Source of the DNA: Phycisphaerales bacterium
GTDB taxonomy: Bacteria; Planctomycetota; Phycisphaerae; Phycisphaerales; UBA1924
Length of the DNA stretch: 64,000 nt
Assembly (NCBI GenBank): GCA_965227775.1
Contig: OZ245777.1
Coordinates: 1,536,001-1,600,000, forward strand
Reading direction: 5' to 3'
Each line of letters opens with the position of its first letter. Within the stretch, counting starts at the first letter, position 1. The notes under the pieces are model-generated. The model did no database searches and was not told where the DNA came from. It saw only the letters and a program-made list of their open reading frames with translations. The position numbers and the translations under genes were made by a program. Positions 49,801 to 58,854 of this stretch are shown here, one piece after another.

Positions 49801-51095
49801 TGCTGGCTCAGCCCCGCCAAACGATCGACTGCGCCGCGGGTGTCTCGTCGGTCAATGTCCCCGATCGCGTCGTAGTAGACCGCGACAGCATCGACACCGA
49901 TTGGGGAGTTGACGCCCAGCTCGTTGGCCAGAAGCGGCTGGTCATCGGTAGTCGTACCCGAGACGCGGCGTTGGGCGGCGTCCATCACCAGGCGCCAACG
50001 CTGGGCGCGATCGCGTGTCTCGGTCGTCACACTTGACTCGAACGCCTCACGAAGGGTTGCCACCTGCTCAGCGTAATCTGGACCGAGCTCGATGGCACCC
50101 AAGGCGCCCCAGGCGAACACCGCTTCACTCTCTGGTTCAGAGCCGATGGCACGCAAGGCGTGGTCTACGGCTGCCTGCGGATCCCGATCACGCCATGCGC
50201 GGCCCGCCGCGATCTCGCTCAGATACGGTGTCATCGAGTCATCTTCTAGCCACCGAAGCAGCCAGCCCTGCGACTGGATATAAAGATCCCAGTCTCCCGT
50301 TCGAGCGGCGACTTGTTCAACTGCTTGGAGCAGCATGCGTGCGCCGGAGCCCTCGGTCGGGCCCGACTCGGCGGCGTCGACGAGCAGTCGCAACGCTTCG
50401 GAAGTACGGCCGGCATCGAAGTCGACCGTTGCACGGAGTACGGCCAAGGACGTTGTGCCTGCGTGCTGCTGCGCGACCACATCCTCAAGATACTGCCGCT
50501 GCTCGCGGGCATTGCGTCCGATGCGCCGAAACACTCGCAACATCTCGAGATGGGATTCGATCGAGCCGCCTTGGGCATCGACAAACTCGGTCGCGGCAGC
50601 GAGCGCGTCGTCATTGGCGCCGCGCTGAAGATGTGCTTCAATCCGATGCGTTGCAAATCGGGCGTTGGTGGGGTCACGCTCAAGCAACGCTTCGGCTACT
50701 TCAGCGAGTTCTTGCCAATTCCCGAGTTGGCCATACAACTCAAGCAGGATCTCGCGCGCCGTGTCATTCTCTGGATCTAGCAGGACGGCCTGCTCGAGGT
50801 AGCTCTTGGCGGCGAAGAGATGCTTGGCGTTTGGTTCGATGAGGAACCGCTGTGAGTCGCCAAGGGCAGTCAATGCCTCGGCCTCTGGCCCCTTGATGCG
50901 AAGATGCGTGACCAGCTTGCGACGGGCGACCGGATAGTCGCCCTGTTCGTACGCCGCGAGCCCTTCAGCAAGTGAAGCTTCGGCCAATCGATCACGTTGG
51001 ACCTTGCGGACGGCCTGCCCGCCGACTCCCGCGGCGATGATCACACCGCCCACGATGCCCAACACGATGAGCCGTCGCTTCGTTCGCCGGTTCAT
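46890..51095 (-). CDS. Very large membrane-anchored TPR protein (1401 aa) of the exosortase/EPS locus
   Basis: N-terminal basic stretch + TM helix; many TPR-like repeats; C-terminal NNAAWLL...HTLG. Confidence 0.85.
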   Translation of the reverse strand: MNRRTKRRLIVLGIVGGVIIAAGVGGQAVRKVQRDRLAEASLAEGLAAYEQGDYPVARRKLVTHLRIKGPEAEALTALGDSQRFLIEPNAKHLFAAKSYLEQAVLLDPENDTAREILLELYGQLGNWQELAEVAEALLERDPTNARFATHRIEAHLQRGANDDALAAATEFVDAQGGSIESHLEMLRVFRRIGRNAREQRQYLEDVVAQQHAGTTSLAVLRATVDFDAGRTSEALRLLVDAAESGPTEGSGARMLLQAVEQVAARTGDWDLYIQSQGWLLRWLEDDSMTPYLSEIAAGRAWRDRDPQAAVDHALRAIGSEPESEAVFAWGALGAIELGPDYAEQVATLREAFESSVTTETRDRAQRWRLVMDAAQRRVSGTTTDDQPLLANELGVNSPIGVDAVAVYYDAIGDIDRRDTRGAVDRLAGLSQQPSWRRARFALLSLLISEDRSLDARAVLQRDQRLLELPGSAQLYGELIARLAETTDTAGSQFGQAIDEMLDVAPENPVALAAAGRFTVSQGDHEAAKGIARRLIEVDASQAATSAVRFAAALQPIDATLARAIVDRVAETATDPLQVAAASAGLAVLGDPTAARAFMTERLAQAEDPADVRWSLARIQMANAISDDQSLDSLEQISSASTESRQVQLEILSGSTIWTDLDRAGQVVARLREAQGESGIEWRVFEARRLLEQDASVEAASTAASYLSVVFENERGKRDTRALLLAAQAFARTGPVESEIEALENAADGDEPLLALPRLIDRLQRTGRSNEAATRLRQFVDAGDVQPRIREARWQLLSQQGLFDLASRDLAALADAGVPEFILRAGVASRPPDSSTPLRDDEIAALEADLDPEDEIHAARLLARVGRVDDGLSRLQALPAESDAGKREVVVARFLNEHGQGERAIEQLVLAAQASGDPDFWQEAATLHIEKGEFQEASALLDQAIAELPGNAALASFRESLSDEMSPFDRMARVTASAADRTNAPEANLAVGEVAKAYLSGEIDLAQTVARLDRLSEERASFYSLWPMIVSAYEQLGQTDVAIRRARDAVAALPNDARPARDATEVLLRHSRFEEAAAMADRWRSLASESDEQARAEISLGVAEFYRSNFGRSISLLQPQTERMLSAWQQNALPLQCLAEALAREDRMEEAGTLLDQLVAADGGWAQLKASLAGIAANTAENISRGRMWLESVAPQLKDSQSGVVAIASSWMSLHTASGDEQFAREAIACIEPALDTPIDSWQLRAVYATALEATGQPADAVNEYEQAMRIAGERIPALINNAAWLLTRSLDDHERAIEFAREAVQLAETQPTAPVNLATFRHTLGVALLASGQGAEALQAFDQGLASQDTPSLRLGRIESLVALNRTDEARREFSLISPTDRWTETNTKRYSELQSLLGAG

Positions 51096-51159
51096 GATCT
51101 ATGTCGTCCTTTCGAAGAATCCTGCAGGAGCGTGGACAGTGCGCTTTCGAGGCTGTGCA

Positions 51160-53295
51160 TCAGCTGTGGCCGCTTGCGACCGCTGGTTCTTGGCCAGCCC
51201 CCTGTCTCGATGCAATGCGTGAGCGGAAGCTGACCGATGCGGCGCTCGTGCTGCGTTCGATGTCCATTCTGGACGCACGATTAAAGACCAGGCCGATCCG
51301 CCCCGCATGGAACCGACGGAGGCGGTCGATCGCTACCTTCACCAGCTTGGTGTTCTGGCCTCGCGAGACGACCATCACCACTTGGTCTACGTGAGGAACG
51401 ATCGCGTTCGCCTCTAGGCTCCCAAGGATGGGGCCGGTATCGATGACGATGGCGTCGAATCGCGAACGGAGCGAAGCGAGCAGATCGCCCATCGCCTGGC
51501 TGGATAGCTGTTCAGGATCAAACCCTTCGGCGATGCCAGCGGGCATGAAGGACAGGTTCTGGCGGTCCTCGACCTCGTGGATCTGTCCGTTCTCGTGGGC
51601 GCTCGCAATGCGGTCGGTGAGGCCCGCGAGAGTCCGCGCTGACAGGCTTGAAGTCGCACCGCGCCCGATGAGATCTGCATCAATCAACAGGGTCGAACGG
51701 CCGGCCTTTGCCATCGAAGCCGCCAACGCCCGGGCAATGGTGCTCTTTCCTTCGGCGGCCATGGCGCTTGTAACCACAATTGCACGCACGCCGGACTTCT
51801 TCGTAACCGACTCAAGCAGACTACGGATCTGGTGCACGCCCGCTTGCGCCGACTCGTCGTCCTCAAGGCGTCCCGCTTCGACCATCGGCACGAGCCCCAG
51901 GACGGGCGGCGACTCGGATTCCTCTTCAAGGTCAGCGACGAAGCGATACCGCGGGTAGAGGATGCCATAAGCCACAAACGCCGCCAGCGAGAAGCCAAAG
52001 CCGCCGGCAGCCCCCATCGCGGCAAGCGGCCTGCGACGATCCTTGCTGGGCTGGAGGGGGAACTCGGCGTCCTGGGCGATGCGAATGCGACCTTCAGTCG
52101 AGTTGGCTCGTTCGGTTGTCAGGGCCTCCAATTCGGACGCGGCAAGATCGAGCCGTTCTTGAGCGGACTGCGCTTCGATCTCATAACCACGAATATCAAG
52201 CGAGACCTCGGCAAGTTCACGGGCTTCAGCGGCCCGTTGAGCTTTGATTGCGCGAAGAGCCTCCAATCGCGGACCGAGCCCGCCAAGTCCAGCGCCGCTG
52301 CTGAGGTCCAGACCCAGCTCTTCGAGCTCGAGAATGCGTTGATCGATTCGCTTCTGGACGGACGCGAGTTCATCGCTCGCCGCCAGATAGTCCGAGTGCC
52401 GCTCGGTTACACGCGCAAGCAGGGCGACCATCGACTGCCGGAGGTCCCGGCGTTGGGTCACGAGTGCCGCCATATCCGGATCAAGTTGGGCGTAGTCATC
52501 TGCCGTGAGCGGACGGTCTGGTTCGGACGCCTCGGCCTCGGAGCTCTGTCGAAGAGACGGGAGCTCAATCTCGATCGCCTGGATCTGGCTCTCGATCGCC
52601 TCAAGTTGCTGCTGAACGAACAGCCGACGCCGTTCGAGATCGACCGTGCCCTGCTGCTCGGCGAGCATGCGCGCCTCGCGCAGGGCCGCATCACGATCCA
52701 GGCGTGCGGCTTCAGCGATTGCCTCGAGCTGTTGTTCCTGGCGATTCCACACGCTGAACGATTCTTCGTCTGCAATGTTCGCGTACTCATCGAGGATCGC
52801 TTGCGCCGCATGCGTGGCAAGTCTCGGGTCCCTCATGGTTACGCGCAGATAGATCTCTCTGCTGCGTCGCGGCACGGAGACGTCAGCCGCGTTCCGGAGC
52901 CTGACCCAGTTGGTGGGGTCCGGGGAGAGCTTGCCGTCCGACGCGAGCTGGTTAGCGGCCAGCTGCATCACGCGCGGGCTCTCTAGCGTGGTTGCCTGCG
53001 ATTGAACGAAGGAATCAAACGACGAGATGGGCTCGTTGAATTCCGTTTCGTAGATCAGTCGACGGCCGGTCGGATCAATGCTGATCACGCCTGTGCTGGT
53101 GTACACCGGGCTCATGAAGTTATGGCCAACGATTGCTCCGGGAATGGCAAGAACGGCTCCGATAGCGATGGCAAGCACATAGCGACCCCGCAGCGCACGG
53201 TGCACCAGCAGCAGGGGGTTGCCCTGCTGGGCCTGCCCGGGAGCCTCTTCGGGCTCCATCCAGGCGTCCAGGTGCGGGTCGTTATGACTGCTCAC
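51160..53295 (-). CDS. Polysaccharide co-polymerase / BY-kinase (Wzc-like)
   Basis: Two TM helices flanking a coiled coil; Walker A SAMAAEGKST, A' LLIDAD, B IVIDTGP. Confidence 0.85.
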   Translation of the reverse strand: MSSHNDPHLDAWMEPEEAPGQAQQGNPLLLVHRALRGRYVLAIAIGAVLAIPGAIVGHNFMSPVYTSTGVISIDPTGRRLIYETEFNEPISSFDSFVQSQATTLESPRVMQLAANQLASDGKLSPDPTNWVRLRNAADVSVPRRSREIYLRVTMRDPRLATHAAQAILDEYANIADEESFSVWNRQEQQLEAIAEAARLDRDAALREARMLAEQQGTVDLERRRLFVQQQLEAIESQIQAIEIELPSLRQSSEAEASEPDRPLTADDYAQLDPDMAALVTQRRDLRQSMVALLARVTERHSDYLAASDELASVQKRIDQRILELEELGLDLSSGAGLGGLGPRLEALRAIKAQRAAEARELAEVSLDIRGYEIEAQSAQERLDLAASELEALTTERANSTEGRIRIAQDAEFPLQPSKDRRRPLAAMGAAGGFGFSLAAFVAYGILYPRYRFVADLEEESESPPVLGLVPMVEAGRLEDDESAQAGVHQIRSLLESVTKKSGVRAIVVTSAMAAEGKSTIARALAASMAKAGRSTLLIDADLIGRGATSSLSARTLAGLTDRIASAHENGQIHEVEDRQNLSFMPAGIAEGFDPEQLSSQAMGDLLASLRSRFDAIVIDTGPILGSLEANAIVPHVDQVVMVVSRGQNTKLVKVAIDRLRRFHAGRIGLVFNRASRMDIERSTSAASVSFRSRIASRQGAGQEPAVASGHS

Positions 53296-54914
53296 GTCGG
53301 CTCCCCTTCTCCATCGCGGGGCTGGGCCACCGCATCTATCAATCCTTGCAGCTCACTGGCCACGGATCGCTCGATTTCTGTCCGTTCAGCCTCGTCCATG
53401 TCCGCATCCGTGATGATCTGGACCTGGGCGGCGCCAAGCCCCGAACTCCAACGAGTCCGGGTGACCATGTCCAGGGCGCGATCGTCGCGCCCCAATGGGC
53501 TATCGGCACGCGGAACCACGAACGTGTTTGCGATCACCTTCGCATAGCTTGCTGTGCCGTCATCGCGGGTCACGCGGTATCGCGTGATGGGTATCGGACC
53601 ATCGAATGCTCGTTGGATCGAGTCTTCGCGGGCCTCTTCCATCGTCCATCCGTTGCTCGGATAGCAGACCGGCGGGAAATGCCCCATCATATCCCGAACA
53701 TCTCCGCAATGAACAATGAGCACGGAGAAGCTCGACCCCGTCAACGGATGTCTGTACTGCCTTTGGAGCAACTTGTTCGGCCGCAACAACTCGACCGCAC
53801 CGGGCAACACCGGGGTGTCGACACCCCGATATCCATCGATGTTACTCGGCAGTTCTTCGATTGCTCGACGTACCTCACGGAAGTACGCCTCGCTACCCGA
53901 GGGCCTGATCGACCCGATCGAATAGGCGGCCATCGCGGCCAGCAAGATCGCTGTCAGCGGGCCGACGAGCATCGCTCGACCGCTCTTCGATGTGCCTGGA
54001 AGACCTCTCGCTGGCTCAACCGGCGGTTTGGTCTCGGACACGTCTTCGATCGGTAATTCAAGCCACCGTGCAAGTGCCACAGACCCCCATAGCACGCCGA
54101 GCGCGAGTGCAAGCACGAGCCAGCCGCTGACGTCGTGGGCAAAGTCAGCCGCTTCCCGATCCCAGTGACCATAGAAGTACACCGTTGGGATGAGCCTTAT
54201 GACGTTGACGATCAGAGCGACGAGCGGGCTAGCGATCAGAAGCGTGATACGCGCCCAAGGCCGCAGCGGCATCGAGAACACAAACGCGTAAGTGACGAGC
54301 GCGAGTGCCACGACCATTCGCATGCCATTACACGCCTCGGCGACGGCAACATCCACGCCGTTAATCTGCAGGACGTTGCCGGCCCTCGTCACGACCTGGC
54401 CAAAGACGTCCATGAACCACTGCGTGATTGTCGCCGAAGTCTCCTGCAACGGCAACGCGATCTGTTGGCGAACTCGGCCTGGCACCGGTACGAGGAACAG
54501 CAACGCCCCGAAAGCAGGCAACGCAGCCAGCGGCCAACGCCATCCCGCAACGGCCACCACTGGAGCGACGAACATGGCCACCATGCCCACGTCCTTGATG
54601 AGGTCGATCTGGGTGGCAAAGCCCACGAAGTCCATCGCGACGCCAAGTGCAGCGACGACAACTCCCCACAGACAATACCGAGGTTGAATCCTGGCGACTC
54701 GCTCGCGGCGCTGCCACAAGAGCAGCCCGACGACCGGGAGCACGAGCAGCATGTGTGAGTACTCGTCGCTGCGCAGCGCAAGATCGAGCACGTTGTGCCA
54801 ACTCGGCAATGCCGCCAGGACGGCGAGTACAAGCAAGACCACGAGCCACGCAAGCCGACCGGCGCTCCATGCGGCCTTCGACTCTTGTCCGGTTGTAGCT
54901 GTCGTCGTCTTCAC
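53292..54914 (-). CDS. Exosortase fused to EpsI-like C-terminal domain
   Basis: YSH, VAEACNGMR (Cys), NVIR (Arg), HD (His); C-terminal HFPPVCYPSNGW. Confidence 0.88.
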   Translation of the reverse strand: MKTTTATTGQESKAAWSAGRLAWLVVLLVLAVLAALPSWHNVLDLALRSDEYSHMLLVLPVVGLLLWQRRERVARIQPRYCLWGVVVAALGVAMDFVGFATQIDLIKDVGMVAMFVAPVVAVAGWRWPLAALPAFGALLFLVPVPGRVRQQIALPLQETSATITQWFMDVFGQVVTRAGNVLQINGVDVAVAEACNGMRMVVALALVTYAFVFSMPLRPWARITLLIASPLVALIVNVIRLIPTVYFYGHWDREAADFAHDVSGWLVLALALGVLWGSVALARWLELPIEDVSETKPPVEPARGLPGTSKSGRAMLVGPLTAILLAAMAAYSIGSIRPSGSEAYFREVRRAIEELPSNIDGYRGVDTPVLPGAVELLRPNKLLQRQYRHPLTGSSFSVLIVHCGDVRDMMGHFPPVCYPSNGWTMEEAREDSIQRAFDGPIPITRYRVTRDDGTASYAKVIANTFVVPRADSPLGRDDRALDMVTRTRWSSGLGAAQVQIITDADMDEAERTEIERSVASELQGLIDAVAQPRDGEGEPT

Positions 54915-56131
54915 GGCGTACCTGCCATCGCGATACCACGGCCTCGAAGCTCGTCGAGCACGTTGTCCGCCTTTGCCGTCCACGTTTGTTGACGCACACG
55001 TTCGCGTCCTGGCACGGGGTCGAATGCTTCGGAAAGCGCCTCGCGGATTTGCCGGGCAAACTCTTCGTCGGTCGTACCTACCCGGACAAGCCCTTCGTAT
55101 CGGTCCAACTCCGGGAACGCCGTGCTCACGATCGGGCGACCCACCGCGAGGTACTCCTTCAGCTTCACGGGGTTGCACGCTCGGATCCACTCGCTGCGGT
55201 TCCACGGCATGATGAGCACGTCCGCCGCCGCCATATAGCCCGGAACCTCGGCGTATGGCCGCTGGCCGAGCAGCCGTACGTTGGGCAGCGTGCACCAGTC
55301 CTCGGGAAGGCTGCAACCTCCGACGAGCATGAACGTGGCCTCGGGCACCGCCTTGGCAACGGACAAGAACAACTCAGGGTCGAACGTGTGCGCATCGATC
55401 CCGCCGACGAATCCTACGAGCGGGCGCGCCAGGTCTGCGGTGTCGGCTGGTGCCGGCGTCTCGCCCAGGCCCGCCGCTTCAAACGGCCCGTAGTCCACGC
55501 CGTGGTCTACGAACGCCGAGCCCTTCGGCTGGTCTCGCTCCTGGTCCATGAGCCAGCTCGAGCAGAAGAGCGTGACATCCGCCCGCTCCTTGAGCAGGCG
55601 GTCAAATCGCGAGATTCGCTGCGGATCGACGCCTCGATACTCCTCGAACCGATCCGTGCGTTGGTAGACCACGCCCACTGGGTCGAGTGCATCGACGACG
55701 GGTTGGCCTGGTGGGCATGCGACCCAGACTAACGGGTTTTGGATGCCGGCCTTTCGGGCCGCGCGGCGCACTTGCATCGTCAACGCCCGCTCGTTCGCAC
55801 GTGCGCCCAAACCCGCCGGTGCGACGACCGGGCTGAGCACCCAGAAACGCTCACGCACCTTGGTCAGCCCGTGGCTGAAACTCCTGAGCTTACGTGCAAC
55901 CCGCTTGGCAAACATGCCACCCTTGCCCGGCTTCGGCACGCGCATGCCAATGGAGTTGACGTAGAGCACGGGCACGTGCGCGCTGAGCTCACGCATCATC
56001 TGAAGGTCGTAGTGGCCGCGGTTGTGGTACCACCAGTCAACGCCGCCGAAGCAGATCACGCCATCGAAGCTCCGCAGCGTATCCAGGCTGCCGACCGACT
56101 CGGGCGTGCGTGTGCTGGCCAGCGCCGCCAC
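54911..56131 (-). CDS. Glycosyltransferase (GT-B fold, TuaH-like)
   Basis: HGVD, VGFVG, NVRLLG..PY, NPVKLKEYLAVGRPIVST. Confidence 0.88.
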   Translation of the reverse strand: MAALASTRTPESVGSLDTLRSFDGVICFGGVDWWYHNRGHYDLQMMRELSAHVPVLYVNSIGMRVPKPGKGGMFAKRVARKLRSFSHGLTKVRERFWVLSPVVAPAGLGARANERALTMQVRRAARKAGIQNPLVWVACPPGQPVVDALDPVGVVYQRTDRFEEYRGVDPQRISRFDRLLKERADVTLFCSSWLMDQERDQPKGSAFVDHGVDYGPFEAAGLGETPAPADTADLARPLVGFVGGIDAHTFDPELFLSVAKAVPEATFMLVGGCSLPEDWCTLPNVRLLGQRPYAEVPGYMAAADVLIMPWNRSEWIRACNPVKLKEYLAVGRPIVSTAFPELDRYEGLVRVGTTDEEFARQIREALSEAFDPVPGRERVRQQTWTAKADNVLDELRGRGIAMAGTP

Positions 56132-56134
56132 CGC

Positions 56135-57499
56135 TCAGGCCTTGAGAAGCCGGTCGCCCATGCCCGCGGCGTGAGACGCCATGGCGTTGCGCGTATCGAC
56201 CACGAGCGCCGCGTGCTCGGCCACCGCGGCGTAGTCGAATGCCTTGTGATTGGTCACGACGACGACTGCATCGAACTTCTTCAGGTTCTCCGGAGTCAGG
56301 TCGACCGAGTGCATCTGCAGGTCGTGCTTGCGAACCGGGACGGTCTTGGGCACGTGCGGATCGCTGTACTCGACGCTCGCACCGCGCTCGCGCAACAACT
56401 CGATGACCTCGAACGAAGGGCTCTCGCGTGTGTCGTCCACGTCGGGCTTGTACGCCAAGCCAAGCACCAGCACCTTCGAGCCGTGCACGGGCTTGCCTTT
56501 TCCATTCAGGGCAGTCGCCAGTCGATCGACCACGTACGCGGGCATCGCGTGGTTGATCTCGCCCGCCAGCTCGATGAATCGCGTGACGTGCCCGAACTCG
56601 CGGGCCTTCCAAGTCAGGTAAAACGGGTCGATCGGGATGCAGTGGCCGCCCAGGCCCGGGCCGGGGTAGAACGGCATGAAGCCGAACGGCTTGGTGCTCG
56701 CCGCCTCGATGACCTTCCACACGTCGATGCCCATGCGGGTCAGGATGAGCTTCATCTCGTTGACCATCGCGATGTTGACAGCGCGGAAGATGTTCTCGAG
56801 CAGCTTGGCGGCCTCGGCAATCTCGGCGCTGTCCACGCGGTGCAGGTTCTCGATGCCCTTGGCATACATCTGCATCGCGAGGTCGGTCGAAGCCTCATCG
56901 AGCCCACCGACCAGCTTGGGGATGGTGCTGGTCGTGTGGCTCTGGCGGCCTGGGTCCTCGCGCTCGGGCGAGTAGGCGACGAAGTAGTCCTTACCGCACT
57001 CAAGACTCACGCCCCGCTTGGAGGCCTCCCGCTCGATTGCTTCGAGGAACTCGCCGCGGGTCGTGCCGGGGTAGGTCGTCGATTCGAGGGCGATGAGCTG
57101 CCCGGCACGAAGCGTTCGGCCGATCTGCTCACCCGCGATGACCACGTAGCTGAGGTCCGGCTCGTGGTGCTTACCGAGCGGCGTGGGCAGGCACACGATG
57201 ATCACGTCTGCGTCGGCCAGGCGCGCGAAGTCGTTCGTGGCCTCGAAGCGACCACTGCTTGAGAGCGAGCGCGTCATGTCGTCGCCAAGGTGCTTGAGAT
57301 AGTTCTCGCCCCGCTCGAGCGCCTCGATCTTCGAGGAATCGACGTCGAGTCCGAGCACGGGAAGCCCGCCGTCATGCAGGCTCGCGGCCAGAGGCAGGCC
57401 CACGTATCCGAGGCCGATGACGCCCACCAAGGCGGTGTTCGCCTCGAGTTTGGACTTCAGTTCCCCCGCCGTTGTCGCATCCATCGTCGCTTCACGCAT
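56135..57499 (-). CDS. UDP-N-acetylhexosamine 6-dehydrogenase (WbpA/WecC-like nucleotide sugar dehydrogenase)
   Basis: GLGYVGLP, ESTTYPGTT, SPERE, GPGLGGHCIPIDP, AYKPDVDDTRESP. Confidence 0.92.
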   Translation of the reverse strand: MREATMDATTAGELKSKLEANTALVGVIGLGYVGLPLAASLHDGGLPVLGLDVDSSKIEALERGENYLKHLGDDMTRSLSSSGRFEATNDFARLADADVIIVCLPTPLGKHHEPDLSYVVIAGEQIGRTLRAGQLIALESTTYPGTTRGEFLEAIEREASKRGVSLECGKDYFVAYSPEREDPGRQSHTTSTIPKLVGGLDEASTDLAMQMYAKGIENLHRVDSAEIAEAAKLLENIFRAVNIAMVNEMKLILTRMGIDVWKVIEAASTKPFGFMPFYPGPGLGGHCIPIDPFYLTWKAREFGHVTRFIELAGEINHAMPAYVVDRLATALNGKGKPVHGSKVLVLGLAYKPDVDDTRESPSFEVIELLRERGASVEYSDPHVPKTVPVRKHDLQMHSVDLTPENLKKFDAVVVVTNHKAFDYAAVAEHAALVVDTRNAMASHAAGMGDRLLKA

Positions 57500-57567
57500 C
57501 GCTCGTCCACTCCTGGGTTTCCAGGGCTATCGGCCATCTGGAACGCCCGCATGATCCTATCAGGGAG

Positions 57568-58056
57568 CTATCGGGCCTGCGTCGGAAAGACCACGTTTCG
57601 CACGGCGGCGATCAGTGAATCTTGCGCATACGGACCGATGGAGCCGCCGGCGGTCAGTTGATCCAAACGCCCCAGCTGCTCTGTAAGTTCGCGCTCATCC
57701 ATGGCCACCGCGACCTTGCCGAGCTCGCTCAGCCTTCTGGCGGTGGCGATCTGGTGGTCGTTTCGGGTCTCTCGAAGATCACCTCGTCGGGGCATCACGA
57801 GAATGGGCTTACCCATCGTCAGCGCGGTGATGATCGATCCCATGCCGGCGTGGGCCACGATCACGTCCGCAGCCTGGGCCCTCTCGGCAAACTGGGGAGG
57901 TTCCAGGAAGCCCACGAAGTCGATGTGCTCGGGCTGGTACTCGGCCGGGCCAATCTGGGCGAATACGTCCGTCCGCCCGGCGTCCTTGGCCCAGTGATCG
58001 ACCGCTCGGATCATGCGATCGAAGGCCATCTGAGCACCGACAGTCACAAAGATCAC
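57568..58056 (-). CDS. PssE/Cps14G-like glycosyltransferase (Alg13-like half)
   Basis: IFVTVGAQMAFDR, HAGMGSI, PRR....E..NDHQ. Confidence 0.88.
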   Translation of the reverse strand: MIFVTVGAQMAFDRMIRAVDHWAKDAGRTDVFAQIGPAEYQPEHIDFVGFLEPPQFAERAQAADVIVAHAGMGSIITALTMGKPILVMPRRGDLRETRNDHQIATARRLSELGKVAVAMDERELTEQLGRLDQLTAGGSIGPYAQDSLIAAVRNVVFPTQAR

Positions 58057-58589
58057 AGCACGCTCCCGTGGCACGCTGGCGCATCCGCCCTCGCGCCGCC
58101 GCCCGCCAGGTGCGGCCACTGCGTCATCCATAGCGTCGCATGGTCCTTCACGAGCATGCCGGTCATCGACATCTCCTCGACGTTGGCGATGCTGTCCAGC
58201 CAGATCGTGCGAGCCCCAAGCAGCTTGCCCAGGCGAATGGCAAAATAACCTGGCGCGGCCCCGGTCGAGATCACCACGTTCGGGCGCGTCCGGACCATGA
58301 TCCAGACCAGCTTCAGGGCCATGCGGGCAAGGCCAACCTTGTCCCATCTCGTGGCGTCGTTGATGGCAATGAAGCGTTCGCCTGGCACGTCGGTCGCATA
58401 CGCGGGACGCACGCTCACGTAGGTCACCCGGGCTCCTTCGAATGCGGGTCGCAAGCGCAGCAGTTGCACCCAGTGTCCGCCGCCCGACGCGATCGCCAGC
58501 ACGCGCGGGGTCTGTTTGGGAGCCGCAGCATCTGCCAACGATCGAGCCCTCCGTCCGCCCGGGCTATCGGCTGTTGCTGCCGGCCTCAT
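58053..58589 (-). CDS. PssD/Cps14F-like (Alg14-like half) glycosyltransferase subunit
   Basis: ASGGGHWVQL, RPNVVISTGAAPG, WLDSIAN, TQW motifs. Confidence 0.88.
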   Translation of the reverse strand: MRPAATADSPGGRRARSLADAAAPKQTPRVLAIASGGGHWVQLLRLRPAFEGARVTYVSVRPAYATDVPGERFIAINDATRWDKVGLARMALKLVWIMVRTRPNVVISTGAAPGYFAIRLGKLLGARTIWLDSIANVEEMSMTGMLVKDHATLWMTQWPHLAGGGARADAPACHGSVL

Positions 58590-58678
58590 GAGGGCGGGCT
58601 CCGAGGGTACGTCGGGTCGCGCCGGCGACGGTACCGCTCGACCCCGCCTGGCAGCTACCCGCCGCCTCCCAGGGGGTG

Positions 58679-58684
58679 TATACT
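58679..58684 (+). promoter_or_regulatory. Possible sigma-70 -10 element (TATACT) of the tRNA gene
   Basis: TATACT about 40 bp upstream of tRNA-Phe. Confidence 0.35.
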
Positions 58685-58723
58685 CGCCCCTGTACGCCAG
58701 ACGGGCCCAGCCCCAAGGCGGTG

Positions 58724-58796
58724 GGGCAGATAGCTCAGTTGGTAGAGCACGGCATTGAAAATGCCGGTGTCCCCGGTTCAAGTCCGGGTCTGCCCA
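58724..58796 (+). tRNA. tRNA-Phe (GAA), CCA not encoded
   Basis: Cloverleaf: GGGCAGA/TCTGCCC acceptor, GCTC/GAGC D-stem, CGGCA-TTGAAAA-TGCCG anticodon arm, CCCGG-TTCAAGT-CCGGG T-arm. Confidence 0.97.
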
Positions 58797-58854
58797 TTCC
58801 CACCTCTCGATCCATACCAGCGTCCAAGGCCACGCTCCAGAGGCAGGTGAGGCG

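Noticed and set aside
58724..58796. tRNA-Phe as integration site of a genomic island
   Set aside because: No integrase and no duplicated tRNA 3' end noticed; the EPS locus lies on the 5' side of the tRNA
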